In this document: positions 29,637 to 39,161 of the stretch, piece by piece
Numbering within the stretch: position 1 is the stretch's first letter
How the letters are laid out: each line of letters opens with the position of its first letter
From: Deltaproteobacteria bacterium
GTDB taxonomy: Bacteria > Myxococcota_A > UBA9160 > SMWR01
Assembly (NCBI GenBank): GCA_032128375.1
Contig: JAQBGU010000209.1
Span: forward strand, 1 to 64,000
Reading direction: 5' to 3'
Length of the DNA: 64,000 bases
Translations under genes and position numbers: made by a program
Notes under the pieces: model-generated
The model's input: the letters and a program-made list of their open reading frames with translations, nothing else
What the model was told of the DNA's origin: nothing
The model's database searches: none

Positions 29637-31025
29637 GTGGGGCGTCGTATCATTCTTTGTGACGGAGCGGAGCTGGCTCGATTGTGGGGCCGGATCGGTG
29701 CCGCAGATGACGAAGTACTCACCTGGGTTCCCCGGGAAGACGAGCCTCGCGCGCGGCCTCCCGGCTTCCATTCGCTTCCGGGAGGCCTCAGCGTAGAGGC
29801 GATCGGGAAACTGAACCCTAAAGAGGGCGACGAATTTGCTCTCGTCAGCGAAGACTTGCCGTTTGTCCGTGCGGCTGTATCGGTCCTTTCCGACGCGCAC
29901 CCCGGTGCGCCCCTGCTGCTTTTGTCCGACAAAGTTTCCGACGACGACTTGCCGGAACATCCGTGCCTGTTGCGCACCGGCTTGCGCTCACTGATCCGCG
30001 ATGACATCGACGAGGAATTCTCACACCTCGCCAATTTGCGCCGCGTCGTCGAGCTTCGCTTGTTGGTCGACCGGCGCGAGAAGCTCGGGATCTTGCTTCA
30101 ACCGGATCCCGACCCCGATGGCATCGCGTGCGGCTACGCGCTGCGAGCGCTGCTGGGTCGCAAGAACCCGACCGCGCCGCTGATCTCATTTGGCGAAGTC
30201 AGGCGTCCCGAGAACATCGCGATGATCAACGCGCTCGGGATCAAAGTCCGCACCGTCACGCCAGAAGACCTCGACGAATTCGACGGTCTCGCGCTGCTCG
30301 ACGTGCAGCCGGCGGTCTTTGGCGAGAACATGCCGGCCCGCGTGCGCTCGGTAGACGTCGTAATCGATCACCACCCGGAGCGACCCGGCTACGACGCCGT
30401 ATTTCGCGACATCCGTCCCAGCTACGGCGCGACCGCGACGATCCTGACCGAGTACATTCGCGCCGCTGGGCTCGAGATGTTCTCTCGGCTCGCCACCGCG
30501 CTGGTCTACGGAATCAAGAGTGATACGCAGCTGTTGGGGCGCCAGACCAGCCGAGAGGACATCAACGCCTTCGCCTACCTTCACGCCTGGCACAGCCCTG
30601 CGCTGTTGCGCCGCATCGAGCGTCCGGCGCTGCCCACCGATGGACTCCGCGCTCTCGGTCGAGCCCTGACCAACACCACGGTCGAAGAGGGAATTCATCT
30701 GCTGGTGTTAGGCCGGGTGGGAGAAGAAGTCATCCCCCAGGTGGCCGATCTCGCGCTGCAAGCGGAGGGTGCGGAATGGGCGATCGCCGCCGGAATCGTG
30801 GGCAAGGATCTCGTATTTTCGGTTCGCAACGTGGGTTACGTGCGCGCTGCAGGCGAGGTGGTGCGGGCAGTAGTCGAGGGACTCGGCGTAGGGGGCGGCC
30901 ATCGCTCGATGGCGAAGGGGATCATCCCGGTAAGAGCATTCCGGGAAACGTACGGCAGCGCGACGCGGGAGCAGATCCGCTCGACGCTACACAGCGCATT
31001 CGTCCACGCGATCCACGGCGGCTGA
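29637..31025 (+). CDS. DHH-family phosphoesterase (NrnA-like) with N-terminal extra domain
   Basis: PDPDG, LLD, IDHH, YGIKSDT and GGGHR motifs. Confidence 0.9.
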   Translation: MGRRIILCDGAELARLWGRIGAADDEVLTWVPREDEPRARPPGFHSLPGGLSVEAIGKLNPKEGDEFALVSEDLPFVRAAVSVLSDAHPGAPLLLLSDKVSDDDLPEHPCLLRTGLRSLIRDDIDEEFSHLANLRRVVELRLLVDRREKLGILLQPDPDPDGIACGYALRALLGRKNPTAPLISFGEVRRPENIAMINALGIKVRTVTPEDLDEFDGLALLDVQPAVFGENMPARVRSVDVVIDHHPERPGYDAVFRDIRPSYGATATILTEYIRAAGLEMFSRLATALVYGIKSDTQLLGRQTSREDINAFAYLHAWHSPALLRRIERPALPTDGLRALGRALTNTTVEEGIHLLVLGRVGEEVIPQVADLALQAEGAEWAIAAGIVGKDLVFSVRNVGYVRAAGEVVRAVVEGLGVGGGHRSMAKGIIPVRAFRETYGSATREQIRSTLHSAFVHAIHGG

Positions 31026-31239
31026 CCCAGCCTGAGCCGCGCAGCGAGCTGCGACGACAGGGAATCGCTCGCCCGAGCCGTGCGAACGCCCTGTCGATTC
31101 CATCGGTATTCGCGGTCAGCATTCAGCGTGTTGGCGGCGTTTCTTCAGGGTGGCGACGGAGACCTGTCGTTTGATCTCGCGGTCGGTGAGCGGGGTCGAC
31201 AACACATGGCGTGACTCCTCCTACCCGACGCCTGGACAA

Positions 31240-32808
31240 TCATCTCATGGACAACAACTCGTGTGCTCCACTGGTTCGTTGCGGAATAGAGATTCCGAGC
31301 GGGCAACTACCCAGACAGGGCGCGTCGCACGATGCGCATACCGATGCCTTGACGTCCATGTTCGCGTACAACCGCATGGCCTCCTTCTCTCGGCCATAGT
31401 CTTCGAAGTACATCCTGTGACGCAGCACATCGTGAATCTGCAACTCCTCAGGACACGAGTCGAGGCATGCTCCGCAGTGGGGCGCGCAATAGGTACCTGC
31501 AACCATCTGGTCGTACTTGTTCAGGATTGAAATATCGTCTGCATTGAGTTGCGTCCCGGACGCCGCCAGGTACTCGTCGACATGTTGCAACTCGAAGAAC
31601 GAAATCACCGCGGCTGACACATTCGGGTTCGACAGCACCCAGCGCAGTGCGGCTTGTGAGTACGTGTTGGCCTCTGTTCGAAAGCCCGACAACCCGTGGT
31701 GTTTGGCACCCTTCAGGGTCTTCATGGCGATCACGCCCATATCCTGTTCCTTGTGCGCGCGCTCGATCAACTGTGGTAGGACCGGCCAGATTCCATGGTG
31801 ATAGGCAACCATCATCACGTCGAATTTTCCTGAATCGATCCCAGCGTTGACCACTTCGACCAGATTCGGTGTATGTGTCGAGAACCCCATGAAGCGTACC
31901 TTGCCATGCTGCTTGAGCCGGTCGAACGCCTCGTGAACGTTCTCGTCCATCAGCCGATCGACACTGTCGACCGAATGCACATGGCACAGATCGACGTAAT
32001 CGGTCCTGAGTCGCTTCAGGCTCGCCTCGAACGCCGCCATATAGTGACTCACCGGGGTACCGGCCGGGAGATGCCCGGTCGGGGTGCAGAACTTGGTTGC
32101 GATGAACAGCTTGTCTCGAACGCCGGCGATCGTCTGGCCCATCAGGTTCTCGCTACCCGCTCCTGAATAGTCGGGCGAGGTGTCGAAATAGTTGATCCCG
32201 CGTTCGATCGCGAGCCGCGCGATGCGTTCACCATCGCTGCCGTTCTTGATCTGGCCGGTGCCGAGAACGATGTCAGAGACGTCCCAACCGGTGCGGCCGA
32301 AGCGCCTGTGTGCTGTGATGCGACTTTCCTTCCAAGCAGGCTTCCACTCGGGATGGGTCTTGACCACATCGGCGCCGATTCCTTGGGCGACGCCCGCCCA
32401 GCCATCGCCGCTTCGCCCGACGCCGAACACAGCGTGAACTGCACCCGACAAGCCCGCGACGAGTGCTGCGGCAAGACCGCCGAGCGATCCGAACGCGACG
32501 CCGGTCAGGAAGCCGCGACGCGCAGGATCGGCCAGGGCGGCGCGCTGGCGGATCCTTCCGCGAACCAGAAAGAAACCTGCGGTACCCGCCACACCGATCC
32601 AAAATAGCATCCAGAAGGCGCCCGCCACGGTCGTTGTCAGATCTTGATTCACAGACAGTGCCAGGCTCTGGAGTGCCTCCCCGCCCGGAAAAGCGCTGGG
32701 ATCGAGCCCAATCGCCATGCGATACATGTAGTCGCCAGCGCCGAAGTACCCTGTACAGACCGCGACAGCGAAAGTCACCCAGATCACGGTTCGCGTTCGT
32801 TCGAACAT
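31240..32808 (-). CDS. Aldo/keto reductase with C-terminal Fe-S motif and N-terminal membrane segments
   Basis: GINYFDTSPDY, IATK, SLKRLRTDYVDL, GFSTH, AMK; C-terminal CAPHCGACLDSCP and CASCDAPCLGSCP; GGAGG RBS. Confidence 0.9.
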   Translation of the reverse strand: MFERTRTVIWVTFAVAVCTGYFGAGDYMYRMAIGLDPSAFPGGEALQSLALSVNQDLTTTVAGAFWMLFWIGVAGTAGFFLVRGRIRQRAALADPARRGFLTGVAFGSLGGLAAALVAGLSGAVHAVFGVGRSGDGWAGVAQGIGADVVKTHPEWKPAWKESRITAHRRFGRTGWDVSDIVLGTGQIKNGSDGERIARLAIERGINYFDTSPDYSGAGSENLMGQTIAGVRDKLFIATKFCTPTGHLPAGTPVSHYMAAFEASLKRLRTDYVDLCHVHSVDSVDRLMDENVHEAFDRLKQHGKVRFMGFSTHTPNLVEVVNAGIDSGKFDVMMVAYHHGIWPVLPQLIERAHKEQDMGVIAMKTLKGAKHHGLSGFRTEANTYSQAALRWVLSNPNVSAAVISFFELQHVDEYLAASGTQLNADDISILNKYDQMVAGTYCAPHCGACLDSCPEELQIHDVLRHRMYFEDYGREKEAMRLYANMDVKASVCASCDAPCLGSCPLGISIPQRTSGAHELLSMR

Positions 32809-33044
32809 GACACCTCCATTTCCTTCCATTGAGGAAAATTGAGGACAATTGAGCACACTTTCACAGGGCGCCGGGGGCCGGGCCTCGCGGTGGAGGCCCG
32901 GTCGACGCAGTATACGCATTGATTTTGTGCTTTTGGGGTGGATGATTGGCCTTCGCCTCGCCAAACTCCTAGCTTTCACATCTTGGCTGGGGATGACCTC
33001 GAGCTCGAAGGCGGCGGAGGGGCCGCGATACAGACAAGGACACG

Positions 33045-33515
33045 ATGACCGGTCCCACTGTCATCCCTGACATTCCGTCGATCAAGGATTTCGTTGGCAA
33101 GCCTCTCGGCACCAGCGACTGGATTACTATCAGCCAGGAGCGCATCCACACCTTCGCCAACGCTACCGGAGACTACCAGTGGATCCACTGCGACGTCGAA
33201 CGCGCGCGCCGCGAATCTCCGTTCAAAGAAACCATCGCGCACGGCTACTTGACACTTTCGCTGGCCCCGGTGCTGCTCGCGGAGCTGGTGATCGTCAACG
33301 GTTGCGAGACGGTGATCAATACGGGCCTCGAGAAGCTACGCTTGTCTGCGCCGGTCTTGGCGGGATCTAGAGTGCGGATGTCCGCCAAGCTGTCTGGAAC
33401 CCGCGACTTGCAGGGTGGCGGGGTCCGCGCGACGTTCAGGATTCGGATCGAAGTAGAAGCTTCGGCGAAGCCCGCGTGCCACGGTTACGTGACATACGTC
33501 TATTATCCGAGTTGA
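33045..33515 (+). CDS. MaoC-family dehydratase
   Basis: FANATGDYQWIHCD...TIAHGYLTLSL. Confidence 0.93.
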   Translation: MTGPTVIPDIPSIKDFVGKPLGTSDWITISQERIHTFANATGDYQWIHCDVERARRESPFKETIAHGYLTLSLAPVLLAELVIVNGCETVINTGLEKLRLSAPVLAGSRVRMSAKLSGTRDLQGGGVRATFRIRIEVEASAKPACHGYVTYVYYPS

Positions 33516-33604
33516 GCCGAACTCGAGCCAAGCCCGGCCCAAGACCGACGAATCCGTGACGATCGCGGCTTGACGCACCGATGGGTGACGCCGATCCTGC
33601 GGCC

Positions 33605-35245
33605 ATGCGGATTGCGATCGCACAGCTGAACCCGATCGTCGGAGACCTGATCGGCAACCGCAAGCTCGTCGAGCAAGCGGCTGCCAAGGCGGCGAGCGAA
33701 CGGGCAGATGTGGTGATACTTCCGGAGATGGTGCTGACCGGTTATCCGCCGATGGACCTGCTGGAGCGCGACGGGTTCGTTCGCGATCAATTGCGGGAAC
33801 TCGATGCGCTGTGTCCCGCCTCGCGCGGTGTGGCGATCGCCCTCGGTGCCGTTGTTCCCCGAGCAGGCGCGGGACGCGTGCGTTTGCACAACGCCGCGGT
33901 TCTACTCGCCGATGGAAAGCAGCGAGCGGTTCGGATCAAGAGCCTGCTGCCGAGTTACGACGTATTCGATGAGCGCCGCTACTTCGCTCCCGCGACCTCG
34001 CGAGAAACCGCAACGCTGTACGACGGTGGGCCGGAGATCGGCTTGACGATCTGCGAAGACGCCTGGGTCGAGATGATGGGATACGCGACAAACCCCATCG
34101 AGGAGCTCGCGACCGCCGGCGCGCGCGTGATTCTCAACCTGTCGTCCTCACCGTGGCACGTTTCCAAGGCCGCGGAGCGCAGAGAGATGGTCGGGGCGCT
34201 CGCCCGGGCCCATCAGGTGCCGATCTGCTTCGTGAACCAAGTCGGCGGCAACGATGAACTGATCTTCGACGGTGGATCATTCGTCAGCGACAAGCGCGGC
34301 CGGACCCTCGCGAAGTTTCCGCTGTTCGAATCACATTTCGACATCGTCGAAGTTCGCGACGATTCCGAACCCAACGCTGAGCAAGTCGACGACCCGGGCG
34401 CGATCGAACAACTCGAAGCGGGGCTGGTGCTGGGGATCCGGGATTATTTTCGCAAGCAGAACCTGCCGCCTGGTGCAGTCGTCGGCGTGTCTGGCGGGAT
34501 CGATTCAGCTGTGACTGCGCATCTCGCTGCGCTCGCGTTGGGACCCGACCGCGTGGTTGGAATCGCGATGCCAGGCCCGTATTCATCAGACCACAGCGTG
34601 GCCGACGCAGAGGCGCTTTCGACTTCGCTGGGGATCGAGGTACGGCGCGTGGACGTAACACCAATTTATGCAGCCTACCTCAGCGCCTTCGGAGCCGTGC
34701 TCGGTGAGCGCGACGATTACGGGATCGCTCAGCAGAACATCCAGAGCCGAATTCGCGGCGCAATGTTGATGGCTGTCTCGAATGCCGAGGGCCGGTTGGT
34801 CCTTGCCACCGGAAACAAGAGCGAGCTTTCCGTGGGCTACTGCACCCTCTATGGGGATACAGTCGGCGGGCTGGCGGTTCTAGGAGATGTGTACAAGCGC
34901 GACGTGTACGCACTGGCACGCCATGCGAACCGAGACCGAGTCAGGATCCCGATCAACACGATCGAAAAGCCGCCGTCGGCGGAACTCGCGCCGAACCAGC
35001 TCGATAGCGACGACCTCCCGACCTACGACGTGCTCGACGCGATACTGGCCGGCGCCATAGAGGGTGGGCTCAGCGCGGCAGGTATCCCGGTCCCGCCCGG
35101 CTCCAACAGGGGAGTCGTCAGGAACATCGCTGGGCGACTGGACAGAAACGAATACAAGCGCCGCCAGTCCCCGCTGGTGCTGCGAACCTCTTCGAAGGCC
35201 TTTGGAAGCGGGCGCCGTCTCCCGATCGTCCAGCGCTATCAGTGA
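33605..35245 (+). CDS. nadE: Glutamine-dependent NAD+ synthetase
   Basis: Nitrilase domain (PEM, K, ICED) plus SGGIDS, QNIQSRIRG, TGNKSE, PPSAEL, EYKRRQ. Confidence 0.97.
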   Translation: MRIAIAQLNPIVGDLIGNRKLVEQAAAKAASERADVVILPEMVLTGYPPMDLLERDGFVRDQLRELDALCPASRGVAIALGAVVPRAGAGRVRLHNAAVLLADGKQRAVRIKSLLPSYDVFDERRYFAPATSRETATLYDGGPEIGLTICEDAWVEMMGYATNPIEELATAGARVILNLSSSPWHVSKAAERREMVGALARAHQVPICFVNQVGGNDELIFDGGSFVSDKRGRTLAKFPLFESHFDIVEVRDDSEPNAEQVDDPGAIEQLEAGLVLGIRDYFRKQNLPPGAVVGVSGGIDSAVTAHLAALALGPDRVVGIAMPGPYSSDHSVADAEALSTSLGIEVRRVDVTPIYAAYLSAFGAVLGERDDYGIAQQNIQSRIRGAMLMAVSNAEGRLVLATGNKSELSVGYCTLYGDTVGGLAVLGDVYKRDVYALARHANRDRVRIPINTIEKPPSAELAPNQLDSDDLPTYDVLDAILAGAIEGGLSAAGIPVPPGSNRGVVRNIAGRLDRNEYKRRQSPLVLRTSSKAFGSGRRLPIVQRYQ

Positions 35246-35284
35246 ACCGCTGTCGGGAAATGAGGGGCCACCGCGATCGAACCG

Positions 35285-35767
35285 TCAGTCCCCGTCGGAA
35301 ATGGCTCTGACATTCTCGGCTCGCGCGCCCCGCGGGCCCTCTTGCACGACGTATTCGACGATATCGCCTTCATTGAGGCCGTCGTAGTCGCTCGGACCGA
35401 GGCCGGAGCGGTGAAAGAAGACCTCGCGACCGTCGTCTCCGCGAACGAAGCCAAAGCCCCGATCACGCACGAGTTTTTTGATTTTCCCCTTGACTTTCGG
35501 ACCGGACGGGGCGGTGCGCTGGGCTGGCGTGCGGCGGCCTCGGCCGCCTCCGCTGCCGCCGCGCCGGCCGCGGCCCCCCGTACTGAAGCGATCACTCAGC
35601 ACGAACTCATCTTTGAACAGCTTGACCGGCACCACGAGGTCCTGCATGCCGTCGGACTCGGGGCTCAGCAGCACTTCTTCGTCACCGAGATCGACCACCG
35701 AATAACGCAAGCCGGTATTGCGGTGCGTGATCAGCGTCCCCGATTCGATTTCTTCCAATGTCAACAT
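35285..35767 (-). CDS. Cold-shock domain protein with extra N-terminal domain and Gly/Arg-rich linker
   Basis: RNP1 RGFGFV and RNP2 VFFH; GPRGARAENV; GAGG RBS. Confidence 0.88.
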   Translation of the reverse strand: MLTLEEIESGTLITHRNTGLRYSVVDLGDEEVLLSPESDGMQDLVVPVKLFKDEFVLSDRFSTGGRGRRGGSGGGRGRRTPAQRTAPSGPKVKGKIKKLVRDRGFGFVRGDDGREVFFHRSGLGPSDYDGLNEGDIVEYVVQEGPRGARAENVRAISDGD

Positions 35768-36017
35768 GTGGAAACCTCGAGGCGAATGCCCCGCGTCCAG
35801 GGCGTTACATCCGAAACCGGCGTCAGTTCAACCTGACCCCGCATGGGGTAAGAACGTTCTTCGTGCCGGAAATGGATTGGGCGCTCACACGTTGTGTGGA
35901 GTCACCAGAAATGCAACAGAGGCGGCAGGTTATAGGATCAACTAAGCCCGGTCAATCGGATCTCCGAGCCCAACGACCACGTCCCGGCTGCTAGCGTAAC
36001 GCCCGGAGAATCCGTCT

Positions 36018-37343
36018 TTGAGATCGCATGGACCCAGCTGGCTATCGTTTGCGCTCTTCGTGGCAACTTGCTGGCATTGCGATCTTGCGCTGGGCCAGCT
36101 CGATGCTCCCGACGCGCCGCGCGTGCCTTCCATCCTTCGGGTCGGAACCAGCGGTGACTATCCACCGTTTAGCAGCGCTTCTCGCGAAGAACCCGCCAAG
36201 TACATTGGATTCGACATATCGGTGGCTCGCGCCTACGCGGCGGAGCGCGGGCTCGAATTGCGATTCGTGCGATTTTTGTGGCACGAGTTGTCCCATTCGC
36301 TGGCTGCCAACAGGTTCGACATCGCGATGTCGGGGGTAACGATCCGGCCCGAGCGGACTGCGCTCGGGCGCTTCAGTGTCACCGTCGCCGAAACCGGTGC
36401 GGTGGTGCTCGGCAGACCCAAAGGGCGTTTTCGCAGTGTCGGCGACTTCAATCGTCTGACGATTCGAATCGGCGTCAACGCTGGGGGCCATCTCGAACGA
36501 GTCGCCACCGAGAGATTCGCGATCGCGACAGTGATCGCGATTCCTGACAACACCGCGATCATGGAGACGTTGCTCGCAGGCAATCTCGACGCGGCGGTCA
36601 CCGACACGCTGGAGGCACAGCACTGGCTCGAGGGAACCGATGACATCGACCTGCATGGCCCGTTCACGACCGATCGCAAGGCCTACCTCGTGCGAGCCGA
36701 TCGGCCTGGACTCGCCGCCGACCTCGACGCCTGGCTGCTCGAGCGAGAAGCCGACGGCAGTTTGCAGGCACTGCGACACGAGCATTTCGGCCTTGGATAT
36801 TCCCGCAGTTTCACCCCGCTCGATTCGTTGTTGGCCGCCATGGATGAACGATTGTCACTGATGCCGCTGGTGGCGGTCGCGAAGCGTGCGGCGGGGATGC
36901 CACTCGAAGTTCCGGAGCGCGAGGGGGTCGTTCTCGATGCGGCGGTCGAAAGTGCGCGCATCGCAGCCGAACGATTCGGCGCGGCGACCCCCGATGCGCT
37001 GGTAGTGAAGCGCCTGTTTCGCGCGCAGATGGAAGCCGCCAAAGAGGTCCAGTGGAGCGCGATTCAGGATCCCCTCTACGCGCCACCCGATCCGATACCC
37101 AACCTCGAGACCGAGCTGCGGCCCGCACTATTGCGAATCGGCGATCGGATTGGCCAGCTACTGGTGAGCTTGCCGGCGGGACTTGCCGGCGACGCGGTTC
37201 GCGCTGCCGCTCTCGACCAACTGCGAACGCCCCGGCTATCCGAAGCTTCGAAGTGGGCGATCGCCGATGCGATCACCGCCCTCTCTTCTGCAAAAATTTC
37301 TGGCAAAACTGCTGCAAAAACTGGCGCAAAAACGGAGCAGTAG
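36018..37343 (+). CDS. Periplasmic cyclohexadienyl dehydratase (PheC-like, SBP family 3) fused to AroQ-type chorismate mutase
   Basis: Signal peptide; LRVGTSGDYPPFS, GFDI, DIAMSGVT, VNAGG; C-terminal ERLSLMPLVAVAK...PERE...FRAQMEAAKEVQ. Confidence 0.82.
   Translation: MRSHGPSWLSFALFVATCWHCDLALGQLDAPDAPRVPSILRVGTSGDYPPFSSASREEPAKYIGFDISVARAYAAERGLELRFVRFLWHELSHSLAANRFDIAMSGVTIRPERTALGRFSVTVAETGAVVLGRPKGRFRSVGDFNRLTIRIGVNAGGHLERVATERFAIATVIAIPDNTAIMETLLAGNLDAAVTDTLEAQHWLEGTDDIDLHGPFTTDRKAYLVRADRPGLAADLDAWLLEREADGSLQALRHEHFGLGYSRSFTPLDSLLAAMDERLSLMPLVAVAKRAAGMPLEVPEREGVVLDAAVESARIAAERFGAATPDALVVKRLFRAQMEAAKEVQWSAIQDPLYAPPDPIPNLETELRPALLRIGDRIGQLLVSLPAGLAGDAVRAAALDQLRTPRLSEASKWAIADAITALSSAKISGKTAAKTGAKTEQ
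37287..37334 (+). repeat. Imperfect 12-bp tandem repeat x4 encoding the C-terminal SAKI-SGKT-AAKT-GAKT
   Basis: tctgcaaaaatt / tctggcaaaact / gctgcaaaaact / ggcgcaaaaacg. Confidence 0.75.
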
Positions 37344-37386
37344 AAGCTGGCCTCGGAGCGCACGCGAGTGTCGGTGGAAAAAGGCG

Positions 37387-38118
37387 TCAGCCCTTCTTCT
37401 TCAGTTCCTCGTCGATCAATGCCTTGAACGAATCCAGCGGCTGGTTTCCCGACAAGTACCGACCATTGATGAAGAAGGCCGGTGTGCCGGTGACTCCCAA
37501 CGCGCTCGCGGAGCTCTTGTCGGCATCGATGCGCGCCTTCACTTTCGCACCCGTGAGATCCGCTTTGAACTTGTCGACGTCGAGTCCGATCTGTTTCGCA
37601 TAGACGAGATAATTCGCTTCACTCATCTCGCGCTGATTCTCGAAGATCTTGTCGTGCATCTCCCAGAATTTGCCCTGTTGGTGGGCAGCCTCAGATGCCT
37701 GATGGGCGGCCAGAGCCTTCGAATGGATCGAAAGCGGCAAGTGCTTGAACGCGACGCGAACCTTGCCCGCGTATTGCTCTAGAACCTTCTCGAGAGTCGG
37801 ACCGACTCTCTGGCAGTAAGGTCATTGAAAGTCGGAGTACTCGACGACAGTGACCACCGCGTTGGCGGCGCCCTTGGCCGGCGCGCTCCCGACCTCGACG
37901 TCGTAGACCTTGCTGGGATCGGGGCGACGAGAGGGCGACGGGGCCTCGGCTCGAGCCGCCGGTTGTGCAGCCGCGGTCTGAACGGCCGTTTTGAGATTTG
38001 AGAGTTCGGTCGCACCGCGGTCGATCGAGCCTGCGATGAGGTAGCTCCCACCCAGCAGCGATCCACCTAGAATCAATGCCGCTGCGATCGGCCCTGTTAC
38101 TGACGAAGCTTGTGCCAT
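37387..38118 (-). CDS. DsbA-family thiol-disulfide oxidoreductase, selenoprotein (in-frame TGA at 37822-37824 read as Sec, motif UPYC), 243 aa
   Basis: Two ORF-track fragments are in frame and join as VVEYSDFQ-U-PYCQRVGPTL...FKHLPLSIH...QGKFWEMHD...GVTGTPAFFING; N-terminal TM; SECIS-like hairpin follows. Confidence 0.9.
37792..37810 (-). promoter_or_regulatory. Bacterial SECIS element
   Basis: GAGAGUCG-GUC-CGACUCUC perfect stem starting 11 nt 3' of the UGA, with apical GU. Confidence 0.8.
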
Positions 38119-38198
38119 TGATATGACCCCCTCGGCGCTTGAATAGCTTATAGCGGCCTCCGAATCACGCAGCTTAACCCAACAATGCTGGAATTCGT

Positions 38199-39161
38199 TC
38201 AATAATAGGTCGAACGCGCGCGATGGCGCGGGTGCGCTTTCATCTCCGGCGACTGCCCGCGTGTCCAAAGCGCGTAATCGAGTTGCTGTGCAGTTGCGTC
38301 AATGCCAGCGTCGCGAAGCAGCCCCACGCAGCGCTCTACTGCGTGGACGGCGGCCGCACGGATTTCGATTTCCTGCTGCGAGCCGGCCTCCAGGCGCTGC
38401 TCGCCGTCGATCCGCTTCGCGAGCTCAGGCTCGTACACGAGCACGCCCAGGCGCCGGAGCACGTGCGGGACCAGATTATCGGCGAAGATCGTCAGCTGAT
38501 CCAGATCGCGAAACTCCCCGTATCCCTTGCCATCGAACACCGCAGCAAGGTCGGCCGAAGTCAACTGCGCGCGCTTGAAAAACGGCACTTCGAGTCCGTC
38601 GTAGTGGGAAACATCGCGGTATAGCGGCATCTCGGCCAACAGCTCCGCGAGACGAGCGGCCGAACCGTCGGCGGCGGTTATCGGACCGGTTGGGTCGCCG
38701 TCGAAGTGTTCGGACAGAAAGTGCCCCATGTCGTTGAGCGCACGCGCAAACAAGCCCATCAGCTCTGCAACTTCGGGGACGGCGATTTCTTGGCCGATAA
38801 TGCGCGCACAGTCTGCCGCGCTGAGGCCCGCTAGCTGCTTGGCGTCGAGCGCGCCTTTGTCTTCCCACAGCTCCTTCAGCGAGGTCGCCACCGTGAAATA
38901 CCCCGAAAGCCCGGGGCGTTTGGCGAGATACGGGAAGTAGCCGGAACCAAAGTTGATCGCGTCGAGACACAGAATGAACGCAACCGTCGCGTCGGGCTCC
39001 CCCACATAGTGATGTGCTGGGTTGATCTGCGGCGGCGGTGGCCCACCGGACATCTCGCTCGCGAACGCTTCGAGCGCGTGCGCATCAATTCGCACCCAGC
39101 GCGCTCGGTCGACTACAGCCTCGCAGCCGGAGCGAATCTTCTGGAAGAATTCGGCGCTCAC
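38199..39161 (-). CDS. Queuosine salvage protein (Qng1/DUF2419 family, queuosine-5'-phosphate N-glycosylase)
   Basis: LDAINFGSG, GYFTVA, FFKRAQL, LTIFADNLVPHVL, EIEIRA, LDYALW, C-terminal HRARSTYY. Confidence 0.88.
   Translation of the reverse strand: MSAEFFQKIRSGCEAVVDRARWVRIDAHALEAFASEMSGGPPPPQINPAHHYVGEPDATVAFILCLDAINFGSGYFPYLAKRPGLSGYFTVATSLKELWEDKGALDAKQLAGLSAADCARIIGQEIAVPEVAELMGLFARALNDMGHFLSEHFDGDPTGPITAADGSAARLAELLAEMPLYRDVSHYDGLEVPFFKRAQLTSADLAAVFDGKGYGEFRDLDQLTIFADNLVPHVLRRLGVLVYEPELAKRIDGEQRLEAGSQQEIEIRAAAVHAVERCVGLLRDAGIDATAQQLDYALWTRGQSPEMKAHPRHRARSTYY

Noticed and set aside
37387..38268. DsbA as a nonsense pseudogene or as two separate ORFs
   Set aside because: The TGA falls exactly at the catalytic Cys position and is followed by a SECIS-like hairpin; Sec recoding is the better explanation
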